DNA of 64,000 nt from Basidiobolus meristosporus CBS 931.73 (lineage: Eukaryota > Fungi > Basidiobolomycota): positions 1 to 64,000 of the forward strand of contig MCFE01000371.1 in NCBI GenBank assembly GCA_002104905.1, written 5' to 3'. Below, in pieces: positions 31,378-44,940 of the stretch. Each line of letters starts with the position of its first letter. Position 1 is the first letter of the stretch. Both the position numbers and the translations under genes were made by a program. The notes under the pieces are model-generated. The model was given only the letters and a program-made list of their open reading frames with translations, was not told where the DNA came from and searched no databases.

Positions 31378-34300
31378 TTATGTACGAGGGAGGCTGCTGG
31401 AGGCTTCAGGATCATCCTCGGCTGAACGAGGGCTGTTATTACCTGAAGACATCGCCATGAGTTTTTCCGCCTCTGTAATAGCTGAGCGGTTAGGTTATGT
31501 CGCGTTCTGTTAGTGTGGAGATGCATTCAAAACTTACTTGAGATTAGGTGCTTGCCATATGTATACTTCTTGAGAGACTGTAGATGAGGCTTGATCTTGT
31601 TGATAAGGATCTCTCTCTGGTCGCCATCCACCACATCAAGCATTTTTTGTACAACGTAGTTGGCATACTGATCCTTCATCATGATGATCAGCGCAGAGTT
31701 GCCGTCGGGCTTTGTCTGGATGACTTCGTCAATGAGGGTCTGTCGGTCCCGCTTGCTCCCATGCGCGATACACTTCTCCACCACGTTACTTGCGAACTTG
31801 TGCTTGCTCATTTGCAGCACTTGGCCACGCACCTTGCTAACGACCAGCGACCGGTCGGCTGGCTTTCCTCTTTCAAGCACGTGCTGGATGACGTAATTGC
31901 CGTATTGGTCTTGCACCAGGTTCTGCGTGTACCGGTGGAGCTCGTCCAGAAGGGGCTTGGTTTGCTCGTCGGTGCAGTGCTCGAACATCCGCTGGATCAC
32001 TCGGCATCCGTACGGGTGAGTGGCGAGGCTGTAGACTTGCCCGTGGAACGCGTTGATGATGAACTGAATGTGCTCGGCCGGCACTCGCTCGATGGCCTTC
32101 TGGATCACATGGTTCCCATTTTGATCTTTCACGCATTTCAACACATTGCCGTCCAGCTCTTTTACTAGGATCGCTTGTTGCTCGGTCAGGACGTGTTCAA
32201 GGGCCTTCTGGACGACGCGGCAGCCATACATCTGGAGAGAGAGCGACAGCACATGGGTTTCCATCTGCTTGGCAAGAATACTCTTCTGGACTTGGTTGCC
32301 ATGCTCAAAGAATTTCTGGATCACATAGTTGCCAAACACATCGGTCATCAGCTGCAGAGCGTTCGGGAGGATCTCCTCAAACACAAGTTGTTTCTCCTCA
32401 CTGTTGGCAGTCTCAAGCTTCTGCTGGATGAAACGGGAGCCGTGTTGGTCGCCGCTGAACTCCACCATGCTTCCGACAATATCCCGCAGTTCGTATTTCT
32501 TGTTTTTGTTATTGCGGAATTCCTCCAGAAGGGGGCTTCTCATGCCGTGGTTCGAGTCCACAACCCCGAGGGATGGTAGGCTCAAGTCAGGAGTCATGGC
32601 CCGTCTCCCTTGGCCTGCGGTAACGTTGAATGGTGCGGCGTTGCCCATGACGTCCGGGCCATGCTGCTGTCGAAGGAATTGCTCGCGCAGCAACATCTGC
32701 TGTTGATTGATCTGCTGCTGCTGCAAAAGAAGTTGATTGCGCAGCTTTCGTTCGTTCAGCGAGTACGTGGAGTGCGATCTGTGCAAGGTTTGTGCGCCAT
32801 ACCCAGCCGAGTTGATGTAGCTGTTGCTATTGATCCCGTTTCCACCCGTTCCGTAAAGCTGGTTTCGCTTCATAGCGCCAAGCTCAGAGGCCAGAATTTG
32901 TTCGGCACGGCTAGCTGAGAATCCTTGCTGTTGGAGTTGTTGGAGAGCTTGTCTGTACTCCAAAGGAGAGAAGCCTAAGAGCTCCGCACGGCTGTAGAGA
33001 TCGCTCCCCGACCCATGCTCCTCTCTATCCCAAGAATACATGTCCGGATATTCGTTGAGATAGGAGTTGTACGTCTGCGATTGCAACTTTGCTTGCTGCA
33101 AGAGTCGCGTCTGCTGGACCGCCTCGTAGTCACTGTCATTAAGATTCATCCCGCGCATGTCCATAAGCAGGTTGGCGTTGATGTCTCCGAGCTCCCCGTT
33201 AGGACCCATCTGCTGACCGCGTTGGAAATGTTGAGCGGGAGGGGTGGAGTTGGCTCGTTGAGGCATAGGAACTCGAGCACCACGCATGGGAGACACCCCG
33301 TTATGAGGTGAGTAACGCTCCTCCTCCAGACCGTCGATGGCTGCATTGACCACGGACCTGAGGCGGACACGATCATAATCATTGTCAGAGTGCAGCCCAG
33401 AATTGAGATCGCTGTCATCGGCACCGCCACGACCACCATCGAATTGTCGCTGCTGGGCAGCAATGCCTGGGGATGGCGTACGCGGAAAGTCCTACGCCCG
33501 TCTTGATAAGTATTGACATGGAAAAGCAATCCGAAAGGGCCACTTACGTCTTGAATCAAATCAACTAGGTTGCGGTGTCTAGAGCCAGCATCTGCATTGT
33601 TTCCGCCGCCATAGATTTGCTTGACCTCACTGTTGCCCCATGGGTCGTTCTTCGATTCGCTCAGCAACATACCTCTACCGTGCTCGGGCTCCAAGCTCTG
33701 CAAAGCATACATCAGTAAATGCCCAAGTTGCAACTAACCGTGGCGTAACAAACCTGGTCAAGAGGATGGGTGTTGGGAAACTCGTCGCTGCCTGTGGAGA
33801 GCAAATTAGGGGGAAATCTGACTGGAGAATGCCGGTCGTTCATACCGAAACCCTTGAATCGATCCATCGACTTGTCTTGATGCGAAGATAAGCCGTTCGG
33901 GTTCTTCCCAAGCGTATCGATCCCTGCACCTGCCCACATTTGCCAGGGCTGGTTATTGGCCCCGTAGCCGGACGATACCTTTACGTCAGCTCGAGGCTGA
34001 CCATAATACTGGCCAGGCTGTTCCGCGTCTAAACGGACCGCGTACTCGCCCTCGGCATTCTGCTGCTCCAGAGATTAGGGATGTTTTGTCAACGGTCGTC
34101 AAGTAAAAGAGATACTCACACTAAACCCGCCTAGACGCTCTATAAGATGAGTGGGGGGAGCACTGTTAGAGCGGTTGATGTCGCTAGGTTGGCCGGTGAA
34201 TGGGCCATATTCAAGGTCGAACTTGCCACGGAGGAGCGCGGCGAGCTGTTGAGCAATAGATTAATACGCAAGGCGATCGACTGGTTGGGCACTCAGATGT

Positions 34301-34400
34301 GGATTGGCCTTACTTGTCCCTGAGGCTGGGTTTTGGCTGTAGGCTGAAAGAGGCCGCTTTTGCTAGATGCAGGCACCTCGTCTGGATTTAAACGAGACAT
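31378..34400 (-). CDS. PUF3: Pumilio/Puf3-type RNA-binding protein, multi-exon
   Basis: Eight PUF repeats (SRFIQ, NYVIQ, CRVVQ, NHVIQ, CRVIQ, NYVIQ, SNVVE, NYVVQ); last intron 31473-31537, stop 31378-31380; 5' exons and ATG at 34400 inferred from GTAAG donors and less certain. Confidence 0.9.
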
Positions 34401-35295
34401 TTTCGCAAGGTTGTCTGTCGAATACTTTTCCAGATTGGGGATGTTGAGTTAGCTTGGTTGGAAGAAGGTTTTACTTGCCCAGTAGTTGTTTACCAGGTAT
34501 TATTTGGTTTGGTTCTAAGCTGAGTCTACAGTACTGCGGGATCTATAGACAAAGTTGTTTGTACAAAGCTACACCAAAATACGTACAAAGGTACAAGAAT
34601 ACACAAGGAAATGGAAGGGATAATAACAGAGATGGAAGAAAAGTGAATACACGAGGCGAGCAAAGTGTGCAAAAACGTTGGCTAGCCAAGATGCGCTATC
34701 GATTGCAGCAAGTTCCAGAAAAATCTGACCCCCCGCACTAAGGGAATTTTCACCATCTGCCCATTAACCTGACGTTCCAGCCGCACCCTTAATCAAGATG
34801 TTGAGGTGGCACCCTCAATCTGCTTGATTGTGGTTGTATCCTATGGACCACGAGGCTGGATGGGCTAATAACCGCTTGATCCGTTGGAATCCTATGGAAG
34901 AAAAAAATTCACGAGCAGTAAATCATTTCCTTTGTGTTGCCAATGATGCTTTTCGTGTGCTTGCCGTGTACTTTCCGTGTGCTTGCCGTGTCACCTACAA
35001 CGTCGATGTTTGTTTCCGCTTCGGCAATGAATGCGTCACTTCCCGTAACATAGTTAACCCAAAAATGCACGTGGCATGGCTAACCTATGCAGGAACTTAA
35101 CCACCTTTTCCATCGAGTGTTTCATGGCTCGATCACTAGGTTGCTTTCAAACATTCAGGCCGTTTGAAACTTAATACAAGGATTCGTTTCAGAGGACTGT
35201 GCAGGCCTTATAAGTGTTGTTTCGGGGAAGGCATGGACTGGTCATCATATCCCTTTGGACTCCTTCCTTCCTTGGTTTCTTAGGACGAGGTGATC

Positions 35296-36465
35296 ATGAT
35301 GTATTCAAATCCGGGTCTCTCGGCTTTGGCCGTGTTGGCTTTGTTCAGTGTTCAGATCCAGACCACTTCTGGCCAAGACCCAGGCCAAGGCCCACCTTTC
35401 TTTGGATATGATCAGCCTCCGCCGCCGGAGTATTTTGATCCGTACTATCGGCAAGCCCAACAACCTTGGAACGGTTGGAATCCCTATCAGTACGATAGCC
35501 GCGGCCCCCCTCCTCCACCACCACCTCCTACAGAAGGTCGTGTGGACTATCAGTGGAGGCCTGAAGTATATGATACGTCTGCCTCGAGAGTCTCTTTGCC
35601 TGTAACGGCCCCTGCACCGACTCCAGCGAATGAGTTGCCAGATAGAGCTCAGCCCCCTCCGCCACCCACCACGAAAAGCTATAGCGTGCCACCTGCCATA
35701 GATCCAGGGCCAACACCCGGCCAGCTCTTCGGTGACCTAGTCCCTGGCCCCATAACAGGCATCAAGGTGGATCTGAACACGAACGAGCTCAAGAACAGCT
35801 TTTCTTCTGGGACGTTCGACTCTATCAAGCAAAGAATAACTCAGCAAAAGAAATTGGGAACCATCCGACCCCCGCCGGAAGTCAACACGGAGAACATCGT
35901 CAAGGGAATCGATGTGCTCAGCAAAGTCAGCATGCGACTGGCAAAGCAGGTGGAAGATATCGGCACCAAGGCGACAAATATCTCTGCCACTCTGAGTAGA
36001 ACCTCTGCATCTCAAAAGAAGCACAGTCTAAAGATGAGCGATATGCTGAAGAGGATGAAGTACCTCGAAAGCCAGCTTAGGGACATGCCGTATGGTAGGT
36101 ACGGTGTTACGACCCCGGCGAAGCCCATTTCTGTTCAACCGCCGATTAGCCCACAGCCGGGTGGTATATGGCCAACTTCAGGTACGTCACAGCCATCAGG
36201 TCGTGCGCCATGGACGCCTACATATCCACCGCCGAACCAGTTGGGCGGATATGGCGTTGACACGAACATCCTGACACTCGCGCCTCACTTCGTAACCCCT
36301 TGGAGAAAACGGTCGTCTAATTATGCTCCTGAGGATGGATACGCTCCGTGGCCTTACCATCCGGGCGCAAGACAGGGCTATGCTGATGAAGGCTGGGCCG
36401 GGTATCCCGCGCCAATGACTCAGCCATGGGGCCATGGAGGCAACTACAGAGGTAACCAAGGCTGA
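35296..36465 (+). CDS. Hypothetical secreted Pro/Gly/Tyr/Gln-rich protein with a central coiled coil
   Basis: About 389-codon ORF in CpG-rich gene-like DNA; hydrophobic N-terminus LSALAVLALFSVQIQTTSG; no family recognised. Confidence 0.7.
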   Translation: MMYSNPGLSALAVLALFSVQIQTTSGQDPGQGPPFFGYDQPPPPEYFDPYYRQAQQPWNGWNPYQYDSRGPPPPPPPPTEGRVDYQWRPEVYDTSASRVSLPVTAPAPTPANELPDRAQPPPPPTTKSYSVPPAIDPGPTPGQLFGDLVPGPITGIKVDLNTNELKNSFSSGTFDSIKQRITQQKKLGTIRPPPEVNTENIVKGIDVLSKVSMRLAKQVEDIGTKATNISATLSRTSASQKKHSLKMSDMLKRMKYLESQLRDMPYGRYGVTTPAKPISVQPPISPQPGGIWPTSGTSQPSGRAPWTPTYPPPNQLGGYGVDTNILTLAPHFVTPWRKRSSNYAPEDGYAPWPYHPGARQGYADEGWAGYPAPMTQPWGHGGNYRGNQG

Positions 36466-37311
36466 TGATGCTCTACAATCTCTCCAAAACCCTAATCCTC
36501 ACCATCACCAGGAACCCGCTATTCACGAAGAGGCGCGAGACGCTCGTCCCGGTGGAGAGGTGGAAGGGCGTGGAGATCAAAGCGAACCGGGCGGCGCAGA
36601 AGGTACTGAGGGCTTCGTAGATATTCATTCATCATTGATTGATAAAAGCATATATACATCAAATAAATCAGACTATGCGCACTACTAGCCAGTCATCCGG
36701 GCTAAGCACTTTGCTATCCACCCATACAATCTACTTCCCTAGGCAGCCGCGATGCAGGCAACCCGTGACAAGGGGCAGGCAATGAGCGCTGATTTGAGGC
36801 CAGCTAATGTCTTTTGTCAAACATAAGACTACTTGCCTAGGGGCATGGATCCAATCAGATCCTCGCTATGGTAATTGCTGGGCTGTTTAGGGTTATTTTG
36901 TATCTCGTCAGACCAAGTTGTACTTGGATATTAGGTTACTGTGCTAGTGGCAGTGGGGCTTGGAAATTAACGAATTATTACTTTTCCTTTTTGATGGATT
37001 AAGTTTCCTATTGTGTTTGATGCATTAATTTTCCTTCCTTAACGCTTTGGAGGTGAACACTGCCTCTTCCCTGCCTTGCCCTGACCTTTAGAAAGCTTGC
37101 GTATTGTGACTGCATCGTTCTCTGAGCCTCCTTCATCTTCCTGCGACCAGGTCACACCTAGAGGTGACCGAGAAATTTGTTCCGAACTTGGCCATCTGGT
37201 CTAACTAGCCTTTGACAATCCTCTTTGCTACTGTATCATTTTTCTTGCTTTGGTTTGCGTCACCCCTTCCTTCCACCGTAGCTTGCTTCACAACAGCCCA
37301 TATTTATAAAC

Positions 37312-39955
37312 ATGTCCGCTGCAGCCTTATCTAAATCTGCTGATGGGTCCACCTTCTATAGTGATTGTCGCAAGGTCTTGCGTCGTCTACAGCAAATACC
37401 TTCACTTTCAAGCTTCATAGATTCACAAAAGGTTGTGTGCTCAGCCACTGATTCATATTGCCCTTTTCCTTCTGGGACGAACCCAATCACAACCTTGTGG
37501 AACACCTTCCGTCTGGGTTCCAGTTTGTGCGCTCTGTTCAATGCCACTGAACCAGAAACTTTACTAGAGGTGGATGAGAGCATCACCATAGACAATCTCA
37601 AGGCCTGTAAGCATAGCGTGTATCACTTTCTGTTGGGTTGTAAAAACCAACTAGGGTTGAAAGACGATGCGCTCTTTACCATCACCGAATTATACCAAGA
37701 CGACACCAACAAGTTTCTAAAGGTAAGACACTAGACGTTTCGCTAGTCAAAGAAAGGACGCTAAAAACGAGGTCTAGGTGCTGCATACGGTCGAAATACT
37801 ACTTCAACTGATGGTCCACAAAAGATTGATTGCGGAGGTCGATCCGTCTTCCGAGGATGACCTTGCACCGGCAGGGGTTGGGGGGAGCCTGGCACCAGAC
37901 CCACTTTCAAGCACCGCACAAGAACGACTACGTAAGCAGACGGTGAAAGAATTGCTAATAACGGAAAGGAAATACGTCCAAGACTTGGAGACGCTTCAGG
38001 TGAGTCTGCACGGTAATTCTTGCAGCAATATGACTGCCCAGCTCACACTGGCACCCATAGGAATATATGCAGGAGCTTCAGTTGCACAAGGTGGTCTCCA
38101 ACGATGTGCTTCGAAATCTATTTGCCAACCTGGATGGACTGGTGGATTTTCAACGACGCTTCCTTATCGGCGTAGAGGCGAACGCGGAATTACCGCCCAC
38201 AGAGCAGCGATTTGGCGCACTCTTCATTCAAATGGTAATCCACAGGGATGCTCGTTCGCAGTAAGCGCCCGCCTAATTGTGCCACTCATCTAGGAAACTA
38301 GCTTCACTGTGTACGAGCCGTTCTGCGCCAATTACCTGCATGCATCGGAGATAGTGCTTGCCGAAGCGCCCAATCTCATGGTTAGTCCTTGTCCACCATC
38401 CGTCACGAGAGCCTTGATTAACACAATCCTCGCAGAAACTAGCGCATGTGGTCGAGCCCACCTACGGGCTCCCGTCGTTGCTCATCAAGCCCATTCAGAG
38501 AGTGTGCAAGTATCCGCTGTTGCTCATGGTATGTGGATAGACAGCAGTCAGCAGAAGCCGTAGTAACCCCTCTCCGTCTTCACAACAGCAATTGGGGAAA
38601 TTGATGTCGCCGGACGAGCCATTCCACCAGGAACTTCTGGATGGTTTGGAGGCGATCAAACGAGTCACTGATCGAGTGAACGAAACCCAGCGAAAAGAAG
38701 AGAACCTGATCGAGTTGAAGAAGCTGGAGAAGATGATCGAAAACTGGAACGGCCCCTCGTTGTCATACTTTGGTGAGCTGCACCTGTTCGACAAGTTGCT
38801 GGTCAGCGTGAACGATGTCGAGCGTGAGTGCTGGCTCTATTTGTTCGACAAGGCGCTTCTAGTGTGCAAAGAAACCGCTGCTAGCCGGAAGGCTAACAAA
38901 AGCACCAACGGCAAGAAGCCGCTTGCCCTCCACAACAAGGCCACTCTACTCATCCGAGAGATCCGGACTGTCGTGCCTACCGCGCGAAATGGTTAGTTGC
39001 TTCCAGGCGGTCGCCGGTCCAGAAACTTACCTACTTTTCCCTAGGCACCTACTCCATCAAGGTTGACTGGCTGAATTCGGAGACGATCATTAGCCCAGCA
39101 AATGAAGAGCATTTCAAGCTGTGGACCTCCACCATCGAGAAGGTCCGTGACATCTACAAGATATCCCGGCTGAACAAACAGTCTGCCATGAAGCTATCCC
39201 GCACACAAACCAACACCTCGGATATTCTGACTCAAGAGGCCAATTGGAATTCGGATGACGACGCGGTCTCCTTCATCGACCAGCAAGTGGACAACGATGA
39301 CGACGATGTTTCGTCCGGCATCAGAAGCTTCTCTGCTAGAAGCTCCTTCGGGTCACTGGGTAGAAGCAGAAGTCGAAGTCAATCCACTCCATCACACGCC
39401 CCCTTAGAGGGCGGTGAGTACCCTCCATTGTCATTCCCACCACTGCCCAAGCCGGAAGCGTCGTTTGCAACGCAGCATCCCGGCCATGTGAGCGCGCCAG
39501 CACCCAAGCCCTTCCCCCAGCAGGCCTTCGAGCAATCCCACGGACCGGTGGGGGAGCAATTTCGCCAGCTCCATTTGGACGGAGAATACCACGGCATGGA
39601 CAGGACCTATCGTCTCATTGACCAAGCGTACAGGCAAAAGAGAAGCGCCTCCAGCCCGAACATCCATGGCCACTCGACGAACATCCGCGTTCGAATCAAC
39701 TACCACGAGGACTCGTTCATGCTTGTGGTGCCGTCGGGGGTCACGTTCCACGATCTCGTGAAGAAGGTCGAGAAGAAGATCCACCTGTGCTCGGGGGCGA
39801 AGCTGGAGAGCAAGTTCAGGATCAAGTACAAGGACGAAGAGGACGACCTGATTCTGATCAACAACGACGAGGATGTACAGATGGCATTCGAAAGCCGCCA
39901 CAGCCAGGAGGCCAGACCCGAGTTGGCCATGGTCGTCAACATTTACGTGAGTTGA
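37312..39955 (+). CDS. CDC24: Cdc24/Scd1 Rho GEF (CH-DH-PH-PB1), multi-exon
   Basis: CH segment NPITTLWNTFRLGSSLCALFN...KACKHSVYHFLLGC; DH KELLITERKYVQDLETLQ; PB1 FRIKYKDEEDDLILINNDEDVQMAF; short GT-AG introns. Confidence 0.93.
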
Positions 39956-40027
39956 CTGGAATCAACTTACCAGCGCTCGATCACCCTCATCCATCGCGTG
40001 GATATCATACACTAATTTAATAAAGAA

Positions 40028-40120
40028 GCCCATTAATTCAGCATCCGATTCTATGCTTTCTCAACAAGGCCCATTATTCAGCATCCGATTCTATGCTTTC
40101 TCAACAAGGCCCATTAATTC
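40028..40120. repeat. Short tandem duplication, about 41-bp unit, about 2.3 copies
   Basis: GCCCATTA(A)TTCAGCATCCGATTCTATGCTTTCTCAACAAG repeated. Confidence 0.9.
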
Positions 40121-40733
40121 TCGGGAATCATCGTCCAATTAATGCAGCAGTGACGGAAATGGACACTTCAGGGCAACCAGAAGATTGGATGGATGGCGGG
40201 TGGCAAAAAGCAGTAAATCCGGCCATCTGTGCTGAGAACATACGTCGGAAATATAGGCTGGTCGGACATTTGTGCAAACAATAGAGCGACTGGCATTGGC
40301 AACTAACACAGCGTAAACTGCACTGCATCCATAATCGCAGGAAAAATCAACACCACAGTCCCACCCGCTTAGTCAGGGAGCTGGTGGCCAACAATCCTCC
40401 GTACTTTACGTGGTGGCAAACATTGGATGCACGCCCTAGCAAAGAGTGGCAGTGTGGAGGGCAGGGATCACAGGATCACGGATCCTCATTGACGTACCCC
40501 GAATATATATAATTCCAGTCCTCACCAGCCAAACATTGATTTCTCAACCCATTTATTTCCGTCTTGACCTCAAGCAACGTATCCCCGCTCGAGTATGCCA
40601 ATCTAATTATTGATACGCCACCCAACCCAAACCCAAACCCGCACCTCGACCTCGATCAACTCTTCCCACAGTTGCTGGTTTTTGGAAGCCCGCTTGACTC
40701 GCACTCAACCAATCTTGCCACTGCTCCTGGTTG

Positions 40734-43700
40734 ATGTCGCCATCGAACAAAAAATATAGTAAACCCTCCTTCTATCGGCATATTCGGGGTAACGGGGAAG
40801 CCACCGAGAGTGGCCCTAAATATGCCAGCTCCACCACCACCTATTCTGATCCCTTCTCTGATTCACAACAAGGTACCGACTACTCCTCCCAAACTGACAC
40901 CAGTTACAACCCATGGGATACGTCCAAGAAGGACTTATTCTTCGAGCCCAGCGCCAATGAAAAGTGCTATTTCTCACAACCAGAGGCTGGTTCTCTTCGG
41001 AAAAACTCGAAAAATTCCATCGAGCTATCGCGCGAGCTATCGCACGGCAAGAAGTTCCCCAAGGCCTCCAAGGCCCGTAGATACTGGCTCCTCGTCTCGA
41101 AGATCTTCACCATCTTTATCCCGGACTTTCTGCTAAAGTCGTGCGGAAAGAAGGACCCAGGTACAGTTTGACATGGCTCCGCTCGCATCCCATTGGCATC
41201 CCTTACTAACCCCCGCCCAACCCTGACTCTAGACTCGCGGCAGTCATTGCGAGAGAAAATCACCCTGTTTCTCATCCTCTCGCTCCTCTCGTTACTGTTC
41301 ATCGTGTGGGTGGAGCTCATCCCGCTGACGTTCTGCACCCCCTACTACCTCTTCACCCCGGGCGACCTTGCTGGCACCAGCTACGTGGCAATCAACGGCA
41401 AGGTTGTGGACTTCTCCCATTCGACCACCGTCGTGGCGGAGGAGGTGGGGCGGTACTCGGGGAAGGATGTTTCTCTCATGTTTCCCTCGTTCACCCTGCT
41501 GGCCCGGACCAAAGGAGCTACCGAGTACCCAGATCAAGATATCCAACGGTGCATCCAGAATCTCACCCGGGCAGACAATTGGCTGGAGAAGCGGATCTTC
41601 AACGATCCCGGATACCTGGTGACGAACCAGAAGCTGATCGAGTGTCCGAGCCCCAACGATCGAAACAAATCATCTGCCCACTGCTTCTACAACGCATCGG
41701 TTCGCCACGAGGTGGCCAAGGCGACTGTCGGAGGTAAGTTCAGATGTGTGCCAATCCCCAGTCCATTGCTGACCCCAGGCAGACCTTGTTTTCGATTACT
41801 CCATCCTAGGAAGAAATGAGCCTAATCTGCCGCAATTGGCGTACATGATTGCGAATGGCCATCTGTATGATATGTCTGACTTCATCAAATATTCCTCGGC
41901 CCCCGCCTCGCCAATCAGGCCGTGGAGCCCCAAGGGCCTCGATCCAGAATCCCTGCTTTTCCCCCGCGAGGTCACCGAGCTTATCTTCGAGTATGTTGGG
42001 GAGGATGCCACGGGGCCCTTCAGTCGACTGGAGCACGGAGACACGTACCTGCGATGCATGGACAAGCTGTTCTACAAGGGCGCGGTCAAGGAGACGGTTC
42101 TGCCGCAGTGCCGGTCATTCAACCCCATCCTCTGGATAACGTTCGGGCTTCCGTTCATGTTCCTGACCATCTGTACGGTGGCCTCCCTGCTTGTGTTCCC
42201 CGACAGAAGCAAGATCCAGCCGTCGTCGAACTGCATCGTGATGGTGCCCTGCTACTGCGAAGATCAGCAGACGCTCAAATCCAATTTCGACAGCGTGGCC
42301 CGATCCGACTGCCACGACAGCCACAAGCTGCTGATGGTCATCTGCGATGGGATATTTACTGCGCCCGGCAACGTCATGAGCACGCACCAGATTGTACTGG
42401 ACATCCTGGGGTTCAGCGGACCCGAGCCCGAGCTGAAGGCGTACATTTCCTTGGGCGAGGGGAACAAGAACATCAATCTGGCCAAAGTTTATTCCGGATT
42501 TTATGAATGTGGAACGCACCGGATCGGCTACGTGGTGGTTGTCAAGTACGGGAACCCGATGGAGATTCGCAATTCAGGGAACCGAGGGAAACGGGACTCC
42601 ATCCTTGTGATGTGGAACTTCCTGGAGGGCCTGCTGGATCCCGAGAACAAGCTGACCCCCTTGGAGTACGAGCTATTCCATCACATCAACAACGTCATTG
42701 GGATCGACCCCCGCTCCTTCCAATACGCCCTGGTGCTGGATGCCGACACGAGCATCGCCGGAGACGCGCTTTCCCGCCTGATCGCGAGGATGGAGAGGGA
42801 CCAGAGACTGATGGCCGTCTCGGGCTACGCAAAGCCGCTAAACCCCACCGACTCCTTCGTCACCATGCTGCAGGCGTATCCCTTCTTCATGAGCCACTAC
42901 ATCAAGCCGGTGTTCGAGTCCATGATCGGTGGGGTGACCTTCCTGCACGGCCCCTGCACGATGTACAGAATCAAGTACTCTGACAGCAAGCCGTGTGTGG
43001 TGGACACCACCACCATCATTGGGTTCAGCACACCGCGGCCGAACACGATGCACATGCGCAACACCCTTCTTTTGGGAGAGGACTCCTTCTTCTCGGTCAT
43101 TCTGTTGAAAACGTTCCCCCACCTGCGATTCGGATTCGAGAGCTCGGCGATCTGCTACACCCGGCTCACCCCGAGGTTCGCCGTCTTTCTCGGCCAGCAA
43201 GGAAGAATCACGAGCGCCGCCTTCCATAGCTACTTCGAGCTTGCCAGGGTTTACGGGAAAACCTCGCTGGGCTTGATCTACCAGCTTGTCACCATGATCA
43301 AGCTTCTCAGCTCCACGTTCATGCCGGTGTTCGTGCTTTATTTGTATTACGTGATCATTCGCAGCATCGCGACCGACGAGACCGCGTATCTCATCGTGGG
43401 CACCTCGTTGATATGCATGTTTGGCTTCAACGCCATGATCCTCGCGGTCCGCGGGCAGTTTGCTGGCGTCTTCTGGCTGGTCTTCTCCGTCCTGTTCTCC
43501 CTTCCCTTCTACTGCCTGCTGATCCCGCTGTATTCGCTGTGGCACAGCGACAACTGCTTGTGGGTGGACACGGTTCAGACAAACTCAAAGTCCATCCGCC
43601 GTAAGCATGGTATCCTGGACGACACCAATAGCCAGTACAAGGTCAGCATGCAGATATCCCTGCTGACCATCGCTGAATATGATGAGCTGGAGAACGACGA

Positions 43701-44427
43701 CGAATCCTTGTACGAGGACATCCGCTACGAGAAGCCGCAGCGGTTGATCTCGCTGGGCGACACGAGCCCCGCCCCTTCCGTGGAGCTGCAGTCCGATCGG
43801 CCTGAGGACATGGTTCATCTAGCGAAGCATGTGGATCAAAGGGCCGAAGAGATTCTCATCAGCATACCCCAGGTGGTGCAACCCATACAAATCAAAACGA
43901 AGAAAGACCATCATCTAAGCAGCGGCTCCAACAAGAACCTGGATAGCGATGTGCCCCTCTCCCTGAGCTGCTCCCCAAAGTCCCCAGGTCGCCTCTCCCA
44001 GGCCACAGCCAACTCGACGCTGCAGTCCGAATACAGCACTGACTACACAAGATCCTCCCGAACCTTCTCCTACTACTCGCATCAACTGGATGCCGCTACG
44101 AACGACATGGAGTCCCAACCGAGGTCACGCCCCGAAAGCGATCGTAGCTCCAGCAGAGACCACTCCCATCTTCTCAACGGGACCACCGCTGGCTCGAAGG
44201 GTGCACTGGTGCAACGGCTGATGCGGGAGGAGATCTATTATTTCCTGAAGGAAGCCAACCTCAACACGGTGACGAGGAGAGACGTGAAAGAGCGGCTTTT
44301 TGAGCATTTCGGGGACGCAGTGACCATTTACAACGACTTCATACACGATTGCATCGAGGAGTTCACCTTGGAGAGACTGGCGTTGCTGCCGTCAGCCACC
44401 TCGCCGCAATCGCCCTCCACTCCTTGA
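40734..44427 (+). CDS. Division-2 (class V/VII-like) chitin synthase homolog without myosin motor; QRRRW motif degenerate
   Basis: Introns 41161-41232 and 41734-41782 join the ORFs; b5-like domains, GKRDS, VLDADT, LGED, TM helices, C-terminal DEK_C-like EEIYYFLKEANLNTVTRRDVKERL. Confidence 0.9.
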
Positions 44428-44940
44428 TATACCTTTACTTATTCCCGCCCGATAGACCGAACCCCCGCGGAGACCAACGCCAAGTCGGAAGCATAGAACC
44501 CATTGAATGTTTTTGTAATGTATACCGCAAGCTACTTTATTACGAAGAACCTCCCCCCGGCTCTGTACTTCTAGGACATGTAAATACCCTCTTTATCCCA
44601 CTAGAAGCGTAACTTCACTCAGTAAAAACGGCCCCTTTTCTTATTCATTATCATGCATAACTTCTACGAGACTTTTCACACCCCTTCCACCATTTACGTT
44701 ATCTGACTCAGTTTTTAAACCAAAATAAACGCCCATTCTGCTCGAATTGCTCGACCCGCTGGCATCCAACGAATTTGTGGGTGGCCGGATCCGTGGGAAT
44801 GTGGGAAATGAGGGGATTTATCGGATGGAGTTTTACGTCAACAGGCCAGGATGTTCGCCTGTATCCCTTGTTTCACTGACATATACGATCCCTTCTTTTC
44901 ATTCCCCTGGCTTGGAAACCCGAGAAAGATTCCTATTTCG

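Noticed and set aside
31200-31526. 108-aa minus-strand ORF after Puf3
   Set aside because: It begins inside the last Puf3 intron and is out of frame with the true last exon, which ends SSSLPRT-stop at 31378
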